Part shown: positions 28,292-36,938 of the stretch, piece by piece | Numbering within the stretch: position 1 is the stretch's first letter | Layout: each line of letters begins with the position of its first letter | NCBI GenBank assembly: GCA_038230375.1 | Contig: JBBRNJ010000039.1 | Location: forward strand, 14,119-78,118 | Direction: 5' to 3' | Length of the DNA: 64,000 nucleotides | Source: Polyangiales bacterium | Lineage (GTDB): Bacteria; Myxococcota_A; Polyangia; Polyangiales; Polyangiaceae | The notes under the pieces: generated by a model | The model's input: the letters and a program-made list of their open reading frames with translations, nothing else | Told to the model about the DNA's origin: nothing | Databases searched by the model: none | Position numbers and translations under genes: made by a program

Positions 28292-30328
28292 GTGTTGCCC
28301 GAGGTCGTCACGCAGAAGCTTCTGAGCCTGCCCGCCCAGCCAGGCGTCTACCTGTTCAAGGACAGGAAGGGCGTCGTGGTCTACGTGGGCAAGGCCAAGA
28401 GCCTCCGCTCGCGCGTGAGGAGCTACTTCCAGCCCGGCACCTCCGACGTGCGCTTCTTCATTCCTTTCCTGGAGAAGACGGTCGGCGATCTCGAGACCAT
28501 CGTCACGCTGACCGAGAAGGAAGCGCAGATCCTCGAGAACAGCCTCATCAAGCAGCATCAGCCGCGCTACAACGTGAAGCTGCGCGACGACAAGGAGTAC
28601 CTGTCGGTGCGCCTCTCGCTCGCGGACGAATGGCCGCGCCTCTCGCTCGTTCGCAAGGCCAAGGCGGACGGTGCGCGCTACTTCGGGCCATACCACTCGG
28701 CCACCGCGGCGCGTCGCACGCTGCACCTCGTGAACAAACACTTCCAGCTGCGCACGTGCACGGACTCCGACATGGCGTCGCGCAAGCGCCCCTGCCTGCA
28801 GCACCAGATCAAGAGGTGCCCCGCGCCGTGCGTGTACGAGGTGAGCCACGACTTCTACGACGACCAGGTCCACGCCGTGGCCATGTTCCTTGCCGGCAAA
28901 CACGACGAGCTGTCGCGCGAGCTTTTGGGCAAGATGAAGAGCTCGGTGGAGAGCCTCTCGTTCGAGCTCGCTGCGGTCTATCGCGATCAGCTCAACGCGA
29001 TCGAGAAGGTGCGGCAGGCGCAGCGCGTGGTCACCACGGACCTGACCGATCGCGACGTGTTCGGCATCCATCGCGAAGCGGAGATCGCCGAGGTCGCCAT
29101 CCTCCACGTGCGCTCGGGTCGGCTGTCGGACGTGTCGGGCATCTCGCTGCGCGGCATCGAGATCCCGGACGAGGAGCTCTTGTCCGGCGTGATCGTGCAG
29201 CACTACGCGCGCGACGTGGAAGGCGAAGGCGCGATCGGGCACATGCCGAGCGAGCTGCTGTTGCCAGTGCTCCCCGAAGCGTCGGCGGGGCTCTCCGAGT
29301 ATCTCTCCGAGGTCTGTGGTCACAAGGTGGCGCTCGTGGAGCCCCAGCGCGGGCCGCGCGCGCGCCTGCTGGAGATGGCCGCGGAGCAGGCGAAGCACCT
29401 CTTTGCGGAGAAGCGCCGCGCGTCGGACGACGTGCTCGAGCGGCTCGGTCAGATCAAGGAGAAGCTGCGCCTCCCGACGCTGCCGCGGCGCATCGAGTGC
29501 TGCGACATCTCGCATCTCGGAGGCGGCGACACCGTCGGCGCGATCGTCGCTCTGAAGGACGGCGAGCCGGACAAGACGCGTTACCGCACCTTCAACGTGA
29601 AGACCGTGGGCTCGGCGGCTGGCGAAGAGGGGCGGCTGGGCGACGACTACGGGGCGATGTACGAGGTGCTCGCGCGACGATTTCGGCGGGCTACTTCGCC
29701 CAACTCCGTGCGCGTGGTCGAGGCGAAGGTGGAGGTTCCGGGAGAGGCGAAGGTGGAAGGTGAGGGTGAGGCGAAGGTCGAGGGGAAGGAGGATGCCGAC
29801 GCGAAGGAGTGGGACCTGCCGGATCTTTTTGTCGTGGATGGTGGACGTGGGCAGCTTGCTGTGGCGCTGGCCGCTGCTCGGGATCTAGGCCTGCACGATC
29901 TTCCGATCGTCGCGCTCGCGAAGGAGAAGGAGAACGTGCTCGGCGACACCCTCGTCGATCGCGTCTACCTGCCGGGACAGAAGAACCCGATCCCGCTCCG
30001 CAGCCACTCCTCTTCGCTGTTCTTCCTGGCGCGCGCCCGTGACGAGGCGCACCGCTTCTCGAACTTTGCTCGCGAGCGCCTGGGGAAGAAGAAGCGCATC
30101 CGCTCCGGCCTCGAAGACGTGAAGGGCATTGGCCCCGTGGTCCGGAAGTCCATCCTCCGCGCCCTCGGTGGTCTCACCTCGATCGCAGGTGCAACGGATG
30201 CGCAGCTGCTCGCGATCCAGGGCGTCACGCCACGACATGTGAAGGCGCTCCGCGTGCATCTCGCGCAGCATCCGCCGGTGTCGCGCCAGCCCCGCAGTGC
30301 CAACGACGAGCCCGAGGTTGCCAACTGA
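28292..30328 (+). CDS. uvrC: Excinuclease ABC subunit C
   Basis: GIY-YIG (PGVY...YVGKAKSL), RIECCDISH, VDGGRGQ, RDEAHRF, HhH GIG. Confidence 0.97.
   Translation: MLPEVVTQKLLSLPAQPGVYLFKDRKGVVVYVGKAKSLRSRVRSYFQPGTSDVRFFIPFLEKTVGDLETIVTLTEKEAQILENSLIKQHQPRYNVKLRDDKEYLSVRLSLADEWPRLSLVRKAKADGARYFGPYHSATAARRTLHLVNKHFQLRTCTDSDMASRKRPCLQHQIKRCPAPCVYEVSHDFYDDQVHAVAMFLAGKHDELSRELLGKMKSSVESLSFELAAVYRDQLNAIEKVRQAQRVVTTDLTDRDVFGIHREAEIAEVAILHVRSGRLSDVSGISLRGIEIPDEELLSGVIVQHYARDVEGEGAIGHMPSELLLPVLPEASAGLSEYLSEVCGHKVALVEPQRGPRARLLEMAAEQAKHLFAEKRRASDDVLERLGQIKEKLRLPTLPRRIECCDISHLGGGDTVGAIVALKDGEPDKTRYRTFNVKTVGSAAGEEGRLGDDYGAMYEVLARRFRRATSPNSVRVVEAKVEVPGEAKVEGEGEAKVEGKEDADAKEWDLPDLFVVDGGRGQLAVALAAARDLGLHDLPIVALAKEKENVLGDTLVDRVYLPGQKNPIPLRSHSSSLFFLARARDEAHRFSNFARERLGKKKRIRSGLEDVKGIGPVVRKSILRALGGLTSIAGATDAQLLAIQGVTPRHVKALRVHLAQHPPVSRQPRSANDEPEVAN
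29720..29790 (+). repeat. In-frame 24-bp tandem repeat (3 x EAKVE) inserted in uvrC
   Basis: GAGGCGAAGGT at 29720, 29744 and 29768. Confidence 0.8.
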
Positions 30329-30397
30329 GTTGACTGCTGGGCGACCGGCGGTGCTGACAAACCGCGGGGAATCTTCAGGTGGCGTGGCGTGCACCGG

Positions 30398-30413
30398 CGG
30401 CACGGGCCATGCT
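30398..30413 (+). promoter_or_regulatory. Putative sigma-54 promoter of the vWA-like lipoprotein gene
   Basis: CGGCACG-GGCC-ATGCT with GG-N10-GC spacing in the intergenic region. Confidence 0.55.
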
Positions 30414-30499
30414 ACGCTGTTGACGCTACTCCGCTGCGAGCCGTCCATGATAGGTTCGCCGCCGCGTGTGTAAACGAAGCTGAACGTGGAGCGAATCCA

Positions 30500-32983
30500 A
30501 TGATCGTTGCGAAGAGCCCTGTGACCAAGGCCACCAAGTTCTTGCTTGTGAGCACGGCGTGCGCGCTGATGGGTGGAGCCGTCTTCGGCTGCCTCAGCCG
30601 CCCCGTCGCCAAGCAGGACCCCACCACGAAGGTGAACTTCACGACGAACGTCGCGCAGAAAGCGGTCGACAAGATCGACCTGCTGATGGCCGTCGACAAC
30701 TCGGCCTCCATGCTCGACAAGCAGCAGTTCCTGGGAGAGGCCGTCCCCGACCTCCTGAACCGTCTGCTCACGCCGAACTGCGTGAACTCCGTGACCGCCG
30801 TTGCGACCGGCGCGGCCGCGGACCTCTCCAAGCCCGATGGTTCGCAGTGCCCCTCTGGCAGCGAGCCCGAGTTCAAGCCGATCAGCGACATCCACATTGC
30901 CATCGTCTCCTCCTCGCTCGGCGCATTCGGCGACAAGAACGTCTGCTCGGACGACGCGCCCTTGAACGATCACGGTCACATCCTCTCGCGCACGGCCATG
31001 GGTACCTCCGCCGACGCCCCCGCCGGCTTCCTTGCGTGGTTCCCGGATGTCGAGGCGAACAAGACGAAGGTGGCGCCGGCGAAGCCCATCAAGGTTCCCG
31101 CGACGATCATCAAGGACTTCCAGGATCTCGTCCTCGGCGTCGGCCAGACCGGCTGCGGTCTCGAAGCGCAGCTCGAGAGCTTCTATCACTTCCTCATCCA
31201 GCCCGATCCGTGGAACACCATCACCATCGGCGGTGACAACGTCGCGCACTACACCGGTGTCGACGAGACCATCCTCGCGCAGCGCGCCGCGTTCCTGCGT
31301 CCGGACTCGCTGCTCGCCATCGTCATGCTCTCGGACGAGGACGACTCCTTCTCCGATCCGCTGTCGGTCGGCGGCGAAGGCTGGGCCTTCTCGGTCTCCA
31401 GCTTCCCGCAGAGCTCGCAGCAGCGCTCCGGCGGCAACGGCACCACGGCGCCGCTTCCCACCACGGCGTGCACCAAGAACGCGACCGACCCGGCATGCAC
31501 CACGTGCGGCTTCGCGAAGGGCTGCAACGGCTCGGATCCCGCGTGCGCGGCGATCAAGAACGACCCGAACTGCAAGAGCGCGAACGGCGGCTACTACGCC
31601 GGCGATGACGACAGCCTCAACGTCCGCTTCTTCCACATGAAGCAGCGCTTCGGCATCGACCCGCAGTACCCGATCGGCCGCTACACGCAGGGCCTCACCG
31701 GCAAGAAGGTGCCTTTCAGCACCGAGGAGCACAACAACGCCGGCGTCTACCAGGTCGGCGGCGGCTCGTGCGTGAACCCGATCTTCGCCTCCACGCTCCC
31801 GAACAGCCTTGCGGCGGCCACCGCCAACGCGCCCGCGAAGGACGCGAACGGCAAGCCCCTGTCCGACGCGGACCGTCAGAAGTCCGGCCTCTGCAACCTG
31901 CCGCAGGGCGTCCGTGACGCGAAGCTCGTCTTCTTTGCCGACATCGGCGGCGTCCCGAACGAGCTCCTCCACTTTGATCCGACCAGCCCCGAGAAGAGCA
32001 AGATCTCAGGCAACGACTGGGTGAAGATCCTCGGCAAGGACCCGTCCAAGTTCGACTTCGGTGGAATCGACCCGCACATGATCCAGTCGATCGACGCGCG
32101 GTCAGGGCTCCCGCCCGCGAGCGCCACCTCCGGCGACAACGGCACGGACACGGTCAGCGGTCGCGAGTGGGACACGAAGAAGAACGACCTCCAGTACGCG
32201 TGTACGTTCCCGCTTCCCATGGCGCAATTCAAGACCTGCGCAAAGGCAGGCGACGCGAACTGCTCCGACTGTGACGGCACGAAGAACCCCCCGCTCTGCG
32301 GCACCAGCAACCTCCAGCAGGTCCGCGCAAAGGCGTACCCCACGGTCCGTCAGCTCGCGCTCGTGCACTCGCTCAACGACCAGGGCATCGCCGCCTCGCT
32401 CTGCCCGCGCACCAAGGGGCTGAAGGGCGTCGAGCTCGAGGACGCGATCGTCAACGGCTCGCCCAACCCGCTCTACGGCTACCGTCCCGCAGTCAAGTCG
32501 ATCGTCGACCGCCTGAAGGACGCGCTCACGGAGCAGTGCCTGCCCGAGCAGCTCACGCTCGACCCCACCCTCAAGGCTCCGTGCCTCATTCTCGCGACGC
32601 TCCCCACGGCCGGTCCGGAGAGCGACTGCACGAAGGTGAAGGGCCTCACCATTCCGTCGCCGGAGATCCTCACCAAGTTCCAGCAGGCAGAGGTCGAGTC
32701 GGCCGGTGGTGACGCCGGTGCGCTCCTGAAGTTCCCGGTCTGCGTACTCGACGAGATCCCGATCAAGCCCGGTGACACCTGCAAGACCACGCAGGACGTT
32801 GGTTGGTGCTACGTGCAGAACAGCGGTTCGGCCACGCCGGCCGGTCGCTGCCCGCAAGCCATCATCTTCACGTCCGGAACCGATCAGCAGATCAAGGGAG
32901 CCAACTACAGCCTCCAGTGCATCCAGCAGTTCGGCAGCGGAACCGCTGCGGGCGACAACCCGGGCACCCCCGACGGCGGCTGA
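30500..32983 (+). CDS. Cys-rich lipoprotein with a vWA/MIDAS-like motif (myxobacterial adhesin-like)
   Basis: Lipobox VFGC; KIDLLMAVDNSASM (DxSxS); FLRPDSLLAIVMLSDEDD; numerous Cys. Confidence 0.75.
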   Translation: MIVAKSPVTKATKFLLVSTACALMGGAVFGCLSRPVAKQDPTTKVNFTTNVAQKAVDKIDLLMAVDNSASMLDKQQFLGEAVPDLLNRLLTPNCVNSVTAVATGAAADLSKPDGSQCPSGSEPEFKPISDIHIAIVSSSLGAFGDKNVCSDDAPLNDHGHILSRTAMGTSADAPAGFLAWFPDVEANKTKVAPAKPIKVPATIIKDFQDLVLGVGQTGCGLEAQLESFYHFLIQPDPWNTITIGGDNVAHYTGVDETILAQRAAFLRPDSLLAIVMLSDEDDSFSDPLSVGGEGWAFSVSSFPQSSQQRSGGNGTTAPLPTTACTKNATDPACTTCGFAKGCNGSDPACAAIKNDPNCKSANGGYYAGDDDSLNVRFFHMKQRFGIDPQYPIGRYTQGLTGKKVPFSTEEHNNAGVYQVGGGSCVNPIFASTLPNSLAAATANAPAKDANGKPLSDADRQKSGLCNLPQGVRDAKLVFFADIGGVPNELLHFDPTSPEKSKISGNDWVKILGKDPSKFDFGGIDPHMIQSIDARSGLPPASATSGDNGTDTVSGREWDTKKNDLQYACTFPLPMAQFKTCAKAGDANCSDCDGTKNPPLCGTSNLQQVRAKAYPTVRQLALVHSLNDQGIAASLCPRTKGLKGVELEDAIVNGSPNPLYGYRPAVKSIVDRLKDALTEQCLPEQLTLDPTLKAPCLILATLPTAGPESDCTKVKGLTIPSPEILTKFQQAEVESAGGDAGALLKFPVCVLDEIPIKPGDTCKTTQDVGWCYVQNSGSATPAGRCPQAIIFTSGTDQQIKGANYSLQCIQQFGSGTAAGDNPGTPDGG

Positions 32984-33022
32984 GGCGCCCCAGGAAAACC
33001 GCCTGATGGGCGTCGCGCGCGC

Positions 33023-33715
33023 GTGACCACGCCGAAGAAGACGATCCTCGTCGTGGACGACGAGCCCCATATCGTGATGGGGCTCCGCGACGCGCTCGAG
33101 TTCGAAGGCTTCCGCGTGGTCGCCGCCACGAGGGGCCGCGAGGGGATCGCGGTGGCCAAAGCAGAGGTCCCGGACGCCGTCGTGCTGGACCTGATGCTGC
33201 CAGACATGAACGGCTACGCAGTGTGCGAGGAGCTACGGCGCTTCAACGCGTTCGTGCCGATCATCATGCTCACCGCGCGGTCGCAAGAGACCGACAAGAT
33301 CCGCGGGCTCGATGCGGGCGCAGACGACTACGTCACCAAGCCGTTCAGCGTGGGCGAGCTCATCGCCCGCATTCGAGCCATCTTCCGTCGCGCCACACGC
33401 GCAGGCGTGACTCCCGATCTCGTGGAGTTCGGCGAGGTGAAGGTGAACTTCGGCGCGCACACCGTGGCCGCACTGGGCCAGGAGCACCAGCTCTCGTTCT
33501 ACGAGGTGGAGCTACTCCGTCTCCTCCACGAGCGCGCAGGCCAACCCGTGAGCCGCGACGAGATCCTCCAGAAGGTGTGGGGCCTGGAGGCAAACCCCAC
33601 GAACCGCACCGTCGACAACTTCATCGTGAAGCTGCGAAAGAAAATTGAGAAAGCCCCAGACAAGCCAGCCCACATCCTGACCGTCTACGGCTTCGGCTAC
33701 AAACTAGTGGTCTGA
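33023..33715 (+). CDS. OmpR/PhoB family response regulator
   Basis: VVDDE, LDLMLP, MLTA, GADDYVTKPF; winged helix RTVDNFIVKLRKK...TVYGFGY. Confidence 0.95.
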   Translation: MTTPKKTILVVDDEPHIVMGLRDALEFEGFRVVAATRGREGIAVAKAEVPDAVVLDLMLPDMNGYAVCEELRRFNAFVPIIMLTARSQETDKIRGLDAGADDYVTKPFSVGELIARIRAIFRRATRAGVTPDLVEFGEVKVNFGAHTVAALGQEHQLSFYEVELLRLLHERAGQPVSRDEILQKVWGLEANPTNRTVDNFIVKLRKKIEKAPDKPAHILTVYGFGYKLVV

Positions 33716-33720
33716 GGTTC

Positions 33721-33792
33721 AGGTCGCGGTCGCGGTCCAAGTCGAGGTCGAGGTCGAGGTCGAAGTCGAAGTCGAAGTCGAAGTCGAAGTCG
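33721..33792. repeat. Hexanucleotide tandem repeat (A[G/A]GTCG) x12 between convergent genes
   Basis: aggtcg, cggtcg, cggtcc, aagtcg, 3 x aggtcg, 5 x aagtcg. Confidence 0.9.
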
Positions 33793-33798
33793 AACTCC

Positions 33799-34905
33799 TC
33801 ACCTGACGAAGATGACTTCCACGCGCGCGTTCTTCGCTCTCCTCGCCGCGTCCTTGTGATCGAACAGCGGCAGGCGCGCCTGCGCGAGCTCCAGCTTCAC
33901 CTTGGCGCGCTCCGCTCCCCCGGAGACCAGCGCGGCGACAGCGAGCTCTCCCTTCGCCTTGTCGGCGTCCGCGCTCGCCGGGTCCTTGTCGTCGTGGATG
34001 ACCAGCTCTACGCCGACCTTCTCCTCGCGCGCGATGCGCCCAAGCTCGGTGAGCTTCTGGTTCGCGGCGGCACCTAGACGCGCGCCTTCGAACGCACCGG
34101 TCAGCGTGACCGCCACGCCTTGCTCGGCGCGGCTCGGCGCGAACCCTGCGGCACCAAGGCTTGTCAGCAGCGCGTCGTTGGCGCTGCCCGCGCGCACCTC
34201 GTCCTTGCGCGCGTGCTCCAGCACGGAGAGGCAGCGAACGCGGACGCGCGCGGCCTTGTCGAGCTCCTGACCAGCGGTCAGTCCCTGCGCTCCGGTCGCG
34301 CTTGCTTCGCGTTCGAGCGACGTGATGTCGGCCTCCGCCTGCGTGGCCTCGTCATCGGTCGCTCCGATGAGCCGCGCGGCAGTGCACAAGAGCCGCGCCT
34401 CCGCCTCGAGCGACTTCGCCGCCGCACGTCGTGCCTGATCTCGCTCCGGAGACGCCGGGCCGCTCGGCGCTGGGAACGCCTTCTCGCGCGCGATGCGCAG
34501 CTTCACGTCGAGCTCTTCCGACGTGCGCGTCAGATCGCGGCGCGTCTTCTCCAGCGACTCCCGCTCCGTCTGCGCGTTCGTGGCCTGGCGGTCCGCGTCC
34601 AGCGCGTTGGCCTGTGCCCGCGCAAGCCGGCCCTGCACGCGCGCCCGGTAGAACAGGGCCTGCGCGGTCTCCGCGTGGATGCTCGCGCCGGTCTCGTCGC
34701 CCTCGGCGATCTGCGCGCGCGCACGTGCGATCTCTTCGTCACCCTGGGCAAAGATCTGCGGCGCCTGGGCCTTGGCATCTGCCATGTCGGCGCCGTCGCG
34801 GACGCGGCGTGCATCCGTGGTGACGTCCTTCGCGGGGGGCGCGTGCGTCGCGCATGCCGCGAGCAGCATCGTGGAACCAAGGAGCGCGAGCGCAAAGTTC
34901 CTCAC
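33799..34905 (-). CDS. Lipoprotein: helical (DUF4398-like) region plus degenerate OmpA-like C-terminus
   Basis: Lipobox LAAC; RAEQGVAVTL and RRAKNARVEVIF resemble OmpA_C boundary motifs. Confidence 0.6.
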   Translation of the reverse strand: MRNFALALLGSTMLLAACATHAPPAKDVTTDARRVRDGADMADAKAQAPQIFAQGDEEIARARAQIAEGDETGASIHAETAQALFYRARVQGRLARAQANALDADRQATNAQTERESLEKTRRDLTRTSEELDVKLRIAREKAFPAPSGPASPERDQARRAAAKSLEAEARLLCTAARLIGATDDEATQAEADITSLEREASATGAQGLTAGQELDKAARVRVRCLSVLEHARKDEVRAGSANDALLTSLGAAGFAPSRAEQGVAVTLTGAFEGARLGAAANQKLTELGRIAREEKVGVELVIHDDKDPASADADKAKGELAVAALVSGGAERAKVKLELAQARLPLFDHKDAARRAKNARVEVIFVR

Positions 34906-35507
34906 GGCGCACCTCCATCCTTCTTGGCCTTCGGAGCAGGCGGCGCGGGTGGCGCCTTCGGCATGCGCGCGCCACCGTCCGTTCCAACCAGCATCGCGCC
35001 GCCCAGCTTCGCTGACGGATCCTTGGCCTCACGTTCGAGCTGCTCGAGCTCCGCGCGAAGCCGCCCATTCTGCAGCATCGTCTCCTCGACGAGCGCGCGT
35101 TCACGATCCGCTTGCGCGCCTGCGTCGATCGCCGCACGCCGACGGTCGTCCGCGACCGCTTCCTGATCCGACGTCTTCACGAGATCCTCTGCCGCTGCGA
35201 GCCATGCTGCAGCCGCGCGGTCCGACAGCTTCGCGTGCACCTCGTCGCCGGCGGCCCGGAAACGCTTGCTTCGCTCGATGGCCGCGCGAGCCTTGTCGCG
35301 TGCCTCGCCCGTGATCACCGCGTGCGCCGCATCTGCGTCGAGCGCGCCGAGACGCGCCTCAGGCGGCTGACCGTCCGAGGCCTGTGCGGCTCCCGACGCG
35401 GCGAAGGCCACTGCGAGAGCAAGCGAAGCCGCCAGCACGAGCACGGAAAGCAGGGCGCGTGCCCGGGTGGTGGCGCGTGGCAGGCGTGGGGCGCGGGGCA
35501 TGCTCAT
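34902..35507 (-). CDS. Hypothetical secreted coiled-coil protein
   Basis: Signal peptide; Ala-rich helices; GTGA overlap with the downstream gene. Confidence 0.7.
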   Translation of the reverse strand: MSMPRAPRLPRATTRARALLSVLVLAASLALAVAFAASGAAQASDGQPPEARLGALDADAAHAVITGEARDKARAAIERSKRFRAAGDEVHAKLSDRAAAAWLAAAEDLVKTSDQEAVADDRRRAAIDAGAQADRERALVEETMLQNGRLRAELEQLEREAKDPSAKLGGAMLVGTDGGARMPKAPPAPPAPKAKKDGGAP

Positions 35508-35632
35508 CTCGGTGCACTGTATAGCTACATAAAGGAAGTGCTGGAAGGTGGGATAATCACTCCTTTCGTTCGTGTCTCACGCGTCGTTACCACTCGCTCC
35601 ACCAAGCCAGGGATGGCACATCCACGGCCACG

Positions 35633-36838
35633 ATGAAAAACGCCGCGCTCGTCGGGTTCGTTGCTCTTGGTGCTCTGGTCATGGCGTGCTCCTCCGCAGG
35701 ACGCACCAGCGGTTTCGACTCCGCGCAGGAGACGAACGGCACCGACCCGGGTGGAACCGGCGACGGGACCTCCGGTGAGGGCGGCGCATCCCCAGGCTTC
35801 GGCAGCGGCGGCGCGGACGCAGGGCCCAAGCAGGGCTACTGCATGTTCCAGGACGCCACCGACCACGACGGCGACGGCTACTCCTTCAACGACGGCGATT
35901 GCAACGACTGCGATGCGAACGCAAACCCCGGCGCGCTCGATGTCGCCGGCAACATGGTCGACGAGGACTGCAACGGCCTGGCCGACGACGAGCCGGCGAA
36001 CTGTGACGTTGGTCTCGCGGTTGGCTCCGCGGCCGCGATGGATGGCGCGAAGGCGATCGGCCTCTGCCGCACGGCCACGGCCGGTGCCACCGGCAAGGCA
36101 AAGACGTGGGGTGTCATCTCCGCGAAGTACATGCTGCCGGACGGCGCGAACGAGAAGGAGCCCAAAGGCCATGGCCTGCTCGCGTCGCTCGGCGTCAACA
36201 ACCCGAAGGACGGCAAGGCGATGCTTTCGCTCTCCTCGGGCAATGCGCAGGGCGCGAACCCCGCGCTCCTGAAGGGCTACACCAGCGGCGCGCCCGCCGG
36301 CTACCCGAAGGAGTCGCCTGCGTGCCCCGGCACCAAGACGGGCACCCCGAACGACGGCGAGGCACTCGAGCTCGTCATCCGCGTGCCGACCAACGCGAAG
36401 TCGTTCTCCTACCAGGAGAACTTCTTCACGACCGAGTTCCCGATCTACATCTGCAGCACGTACAACGACTTCTTCGTCGCCATGCTCACGCCCACGCCCA
36501 CGGGCCTGGCGGACGGCAACATCGCGTTCGATCAGAACAACAACCCGATCAGCGTGAACAACAGCCTGCTCCAGGTCTGTTCGCCGCAGAGCGCAGGAGG
36601 GAAGATGTTCCCGTGCCCCCTCGGCAACAGCACGCTCTCGGGCACTGGCTTCACCGGCCATGCCGCCACGGGCTGGCTCCAGACGCAGGCCCCCGTGAAG
36701 CCCGGCCAGGAGATCACCCTCCGCTTCGCCATCTGGGACTCGGGCGACGGCGCGCTCGACTCGACCGTCCTCATCGACAAGTTCCAGTGGTCCGCAGACG
36801 CGGCGACGCAGGCCAGCACCGCGCCCGCGCCGAAGTGA
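35633..36838 (+). CDS. Lipoprotein with a putative metal-binding (MopE-like) motif and a choice-of-anchor L-like domain
   Basis: Lipobox VMAC; DHDGDGYS..DCND...NPGA...DEDCNG; EFP.YICSTYNDFF; LRFAIWDSGD..LDSTVLID. Confidence 0.75.
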   Translation: MKNAALVGFVALGALVMACSSAGRTSGFDSAQETNGTDPGGTGDGTSGEGGASPGFGSGGADAGPKQGYCMFQDATDHDGDGYSFNDGDCNDCDANANPGALDVAGNMVDEDCNGLADDEPANCDVGLAVGSAAAMDGAKAIGLCRTATAGATGKAKTWGVISAKYMLPDGANEKEPKGHGLLASLGVNNPKDGKAMLSLSSGNAQGANPALLKGYTSGAPAGYPKESPACPGTKTGTPNDGEALELVIRVPTNAKSFSYQENFFTTEFPIYICSTYNDFFVAMLTPTPTGLADGNIAFDQNNNPISVNNSLLQVCSPQSAGGKMFPCPLGNSTLSGTGFTGHAATGWLQTQAPVKPGQEITLRFAIWDSGDGALDSTVLIDKFQWSADAATQASTAPAPK

Positions 36839-36938
36839 GCGCGACCACCTGGGGACGGGGGCGGCCACCTCAGCTAACGGCTCCGTAATGCTTTCGGGTC
36901 GCCTCCATGCGTCCAACGTGCGACAATAGGCGGGACCC

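Noticed and set aside
32984..33014. Intrinsic terminator after the vWA-like lipoprotein gene
   Set aside because: Imperfect bulged hairpin with no U tract; too weak to call
35614..35628. Sigma-54 promoter TGGCACA-TCCA-CGGC
   Set aside because: Weak -12 element, and the predicted TSS would fall inside the CDS starting at 35633
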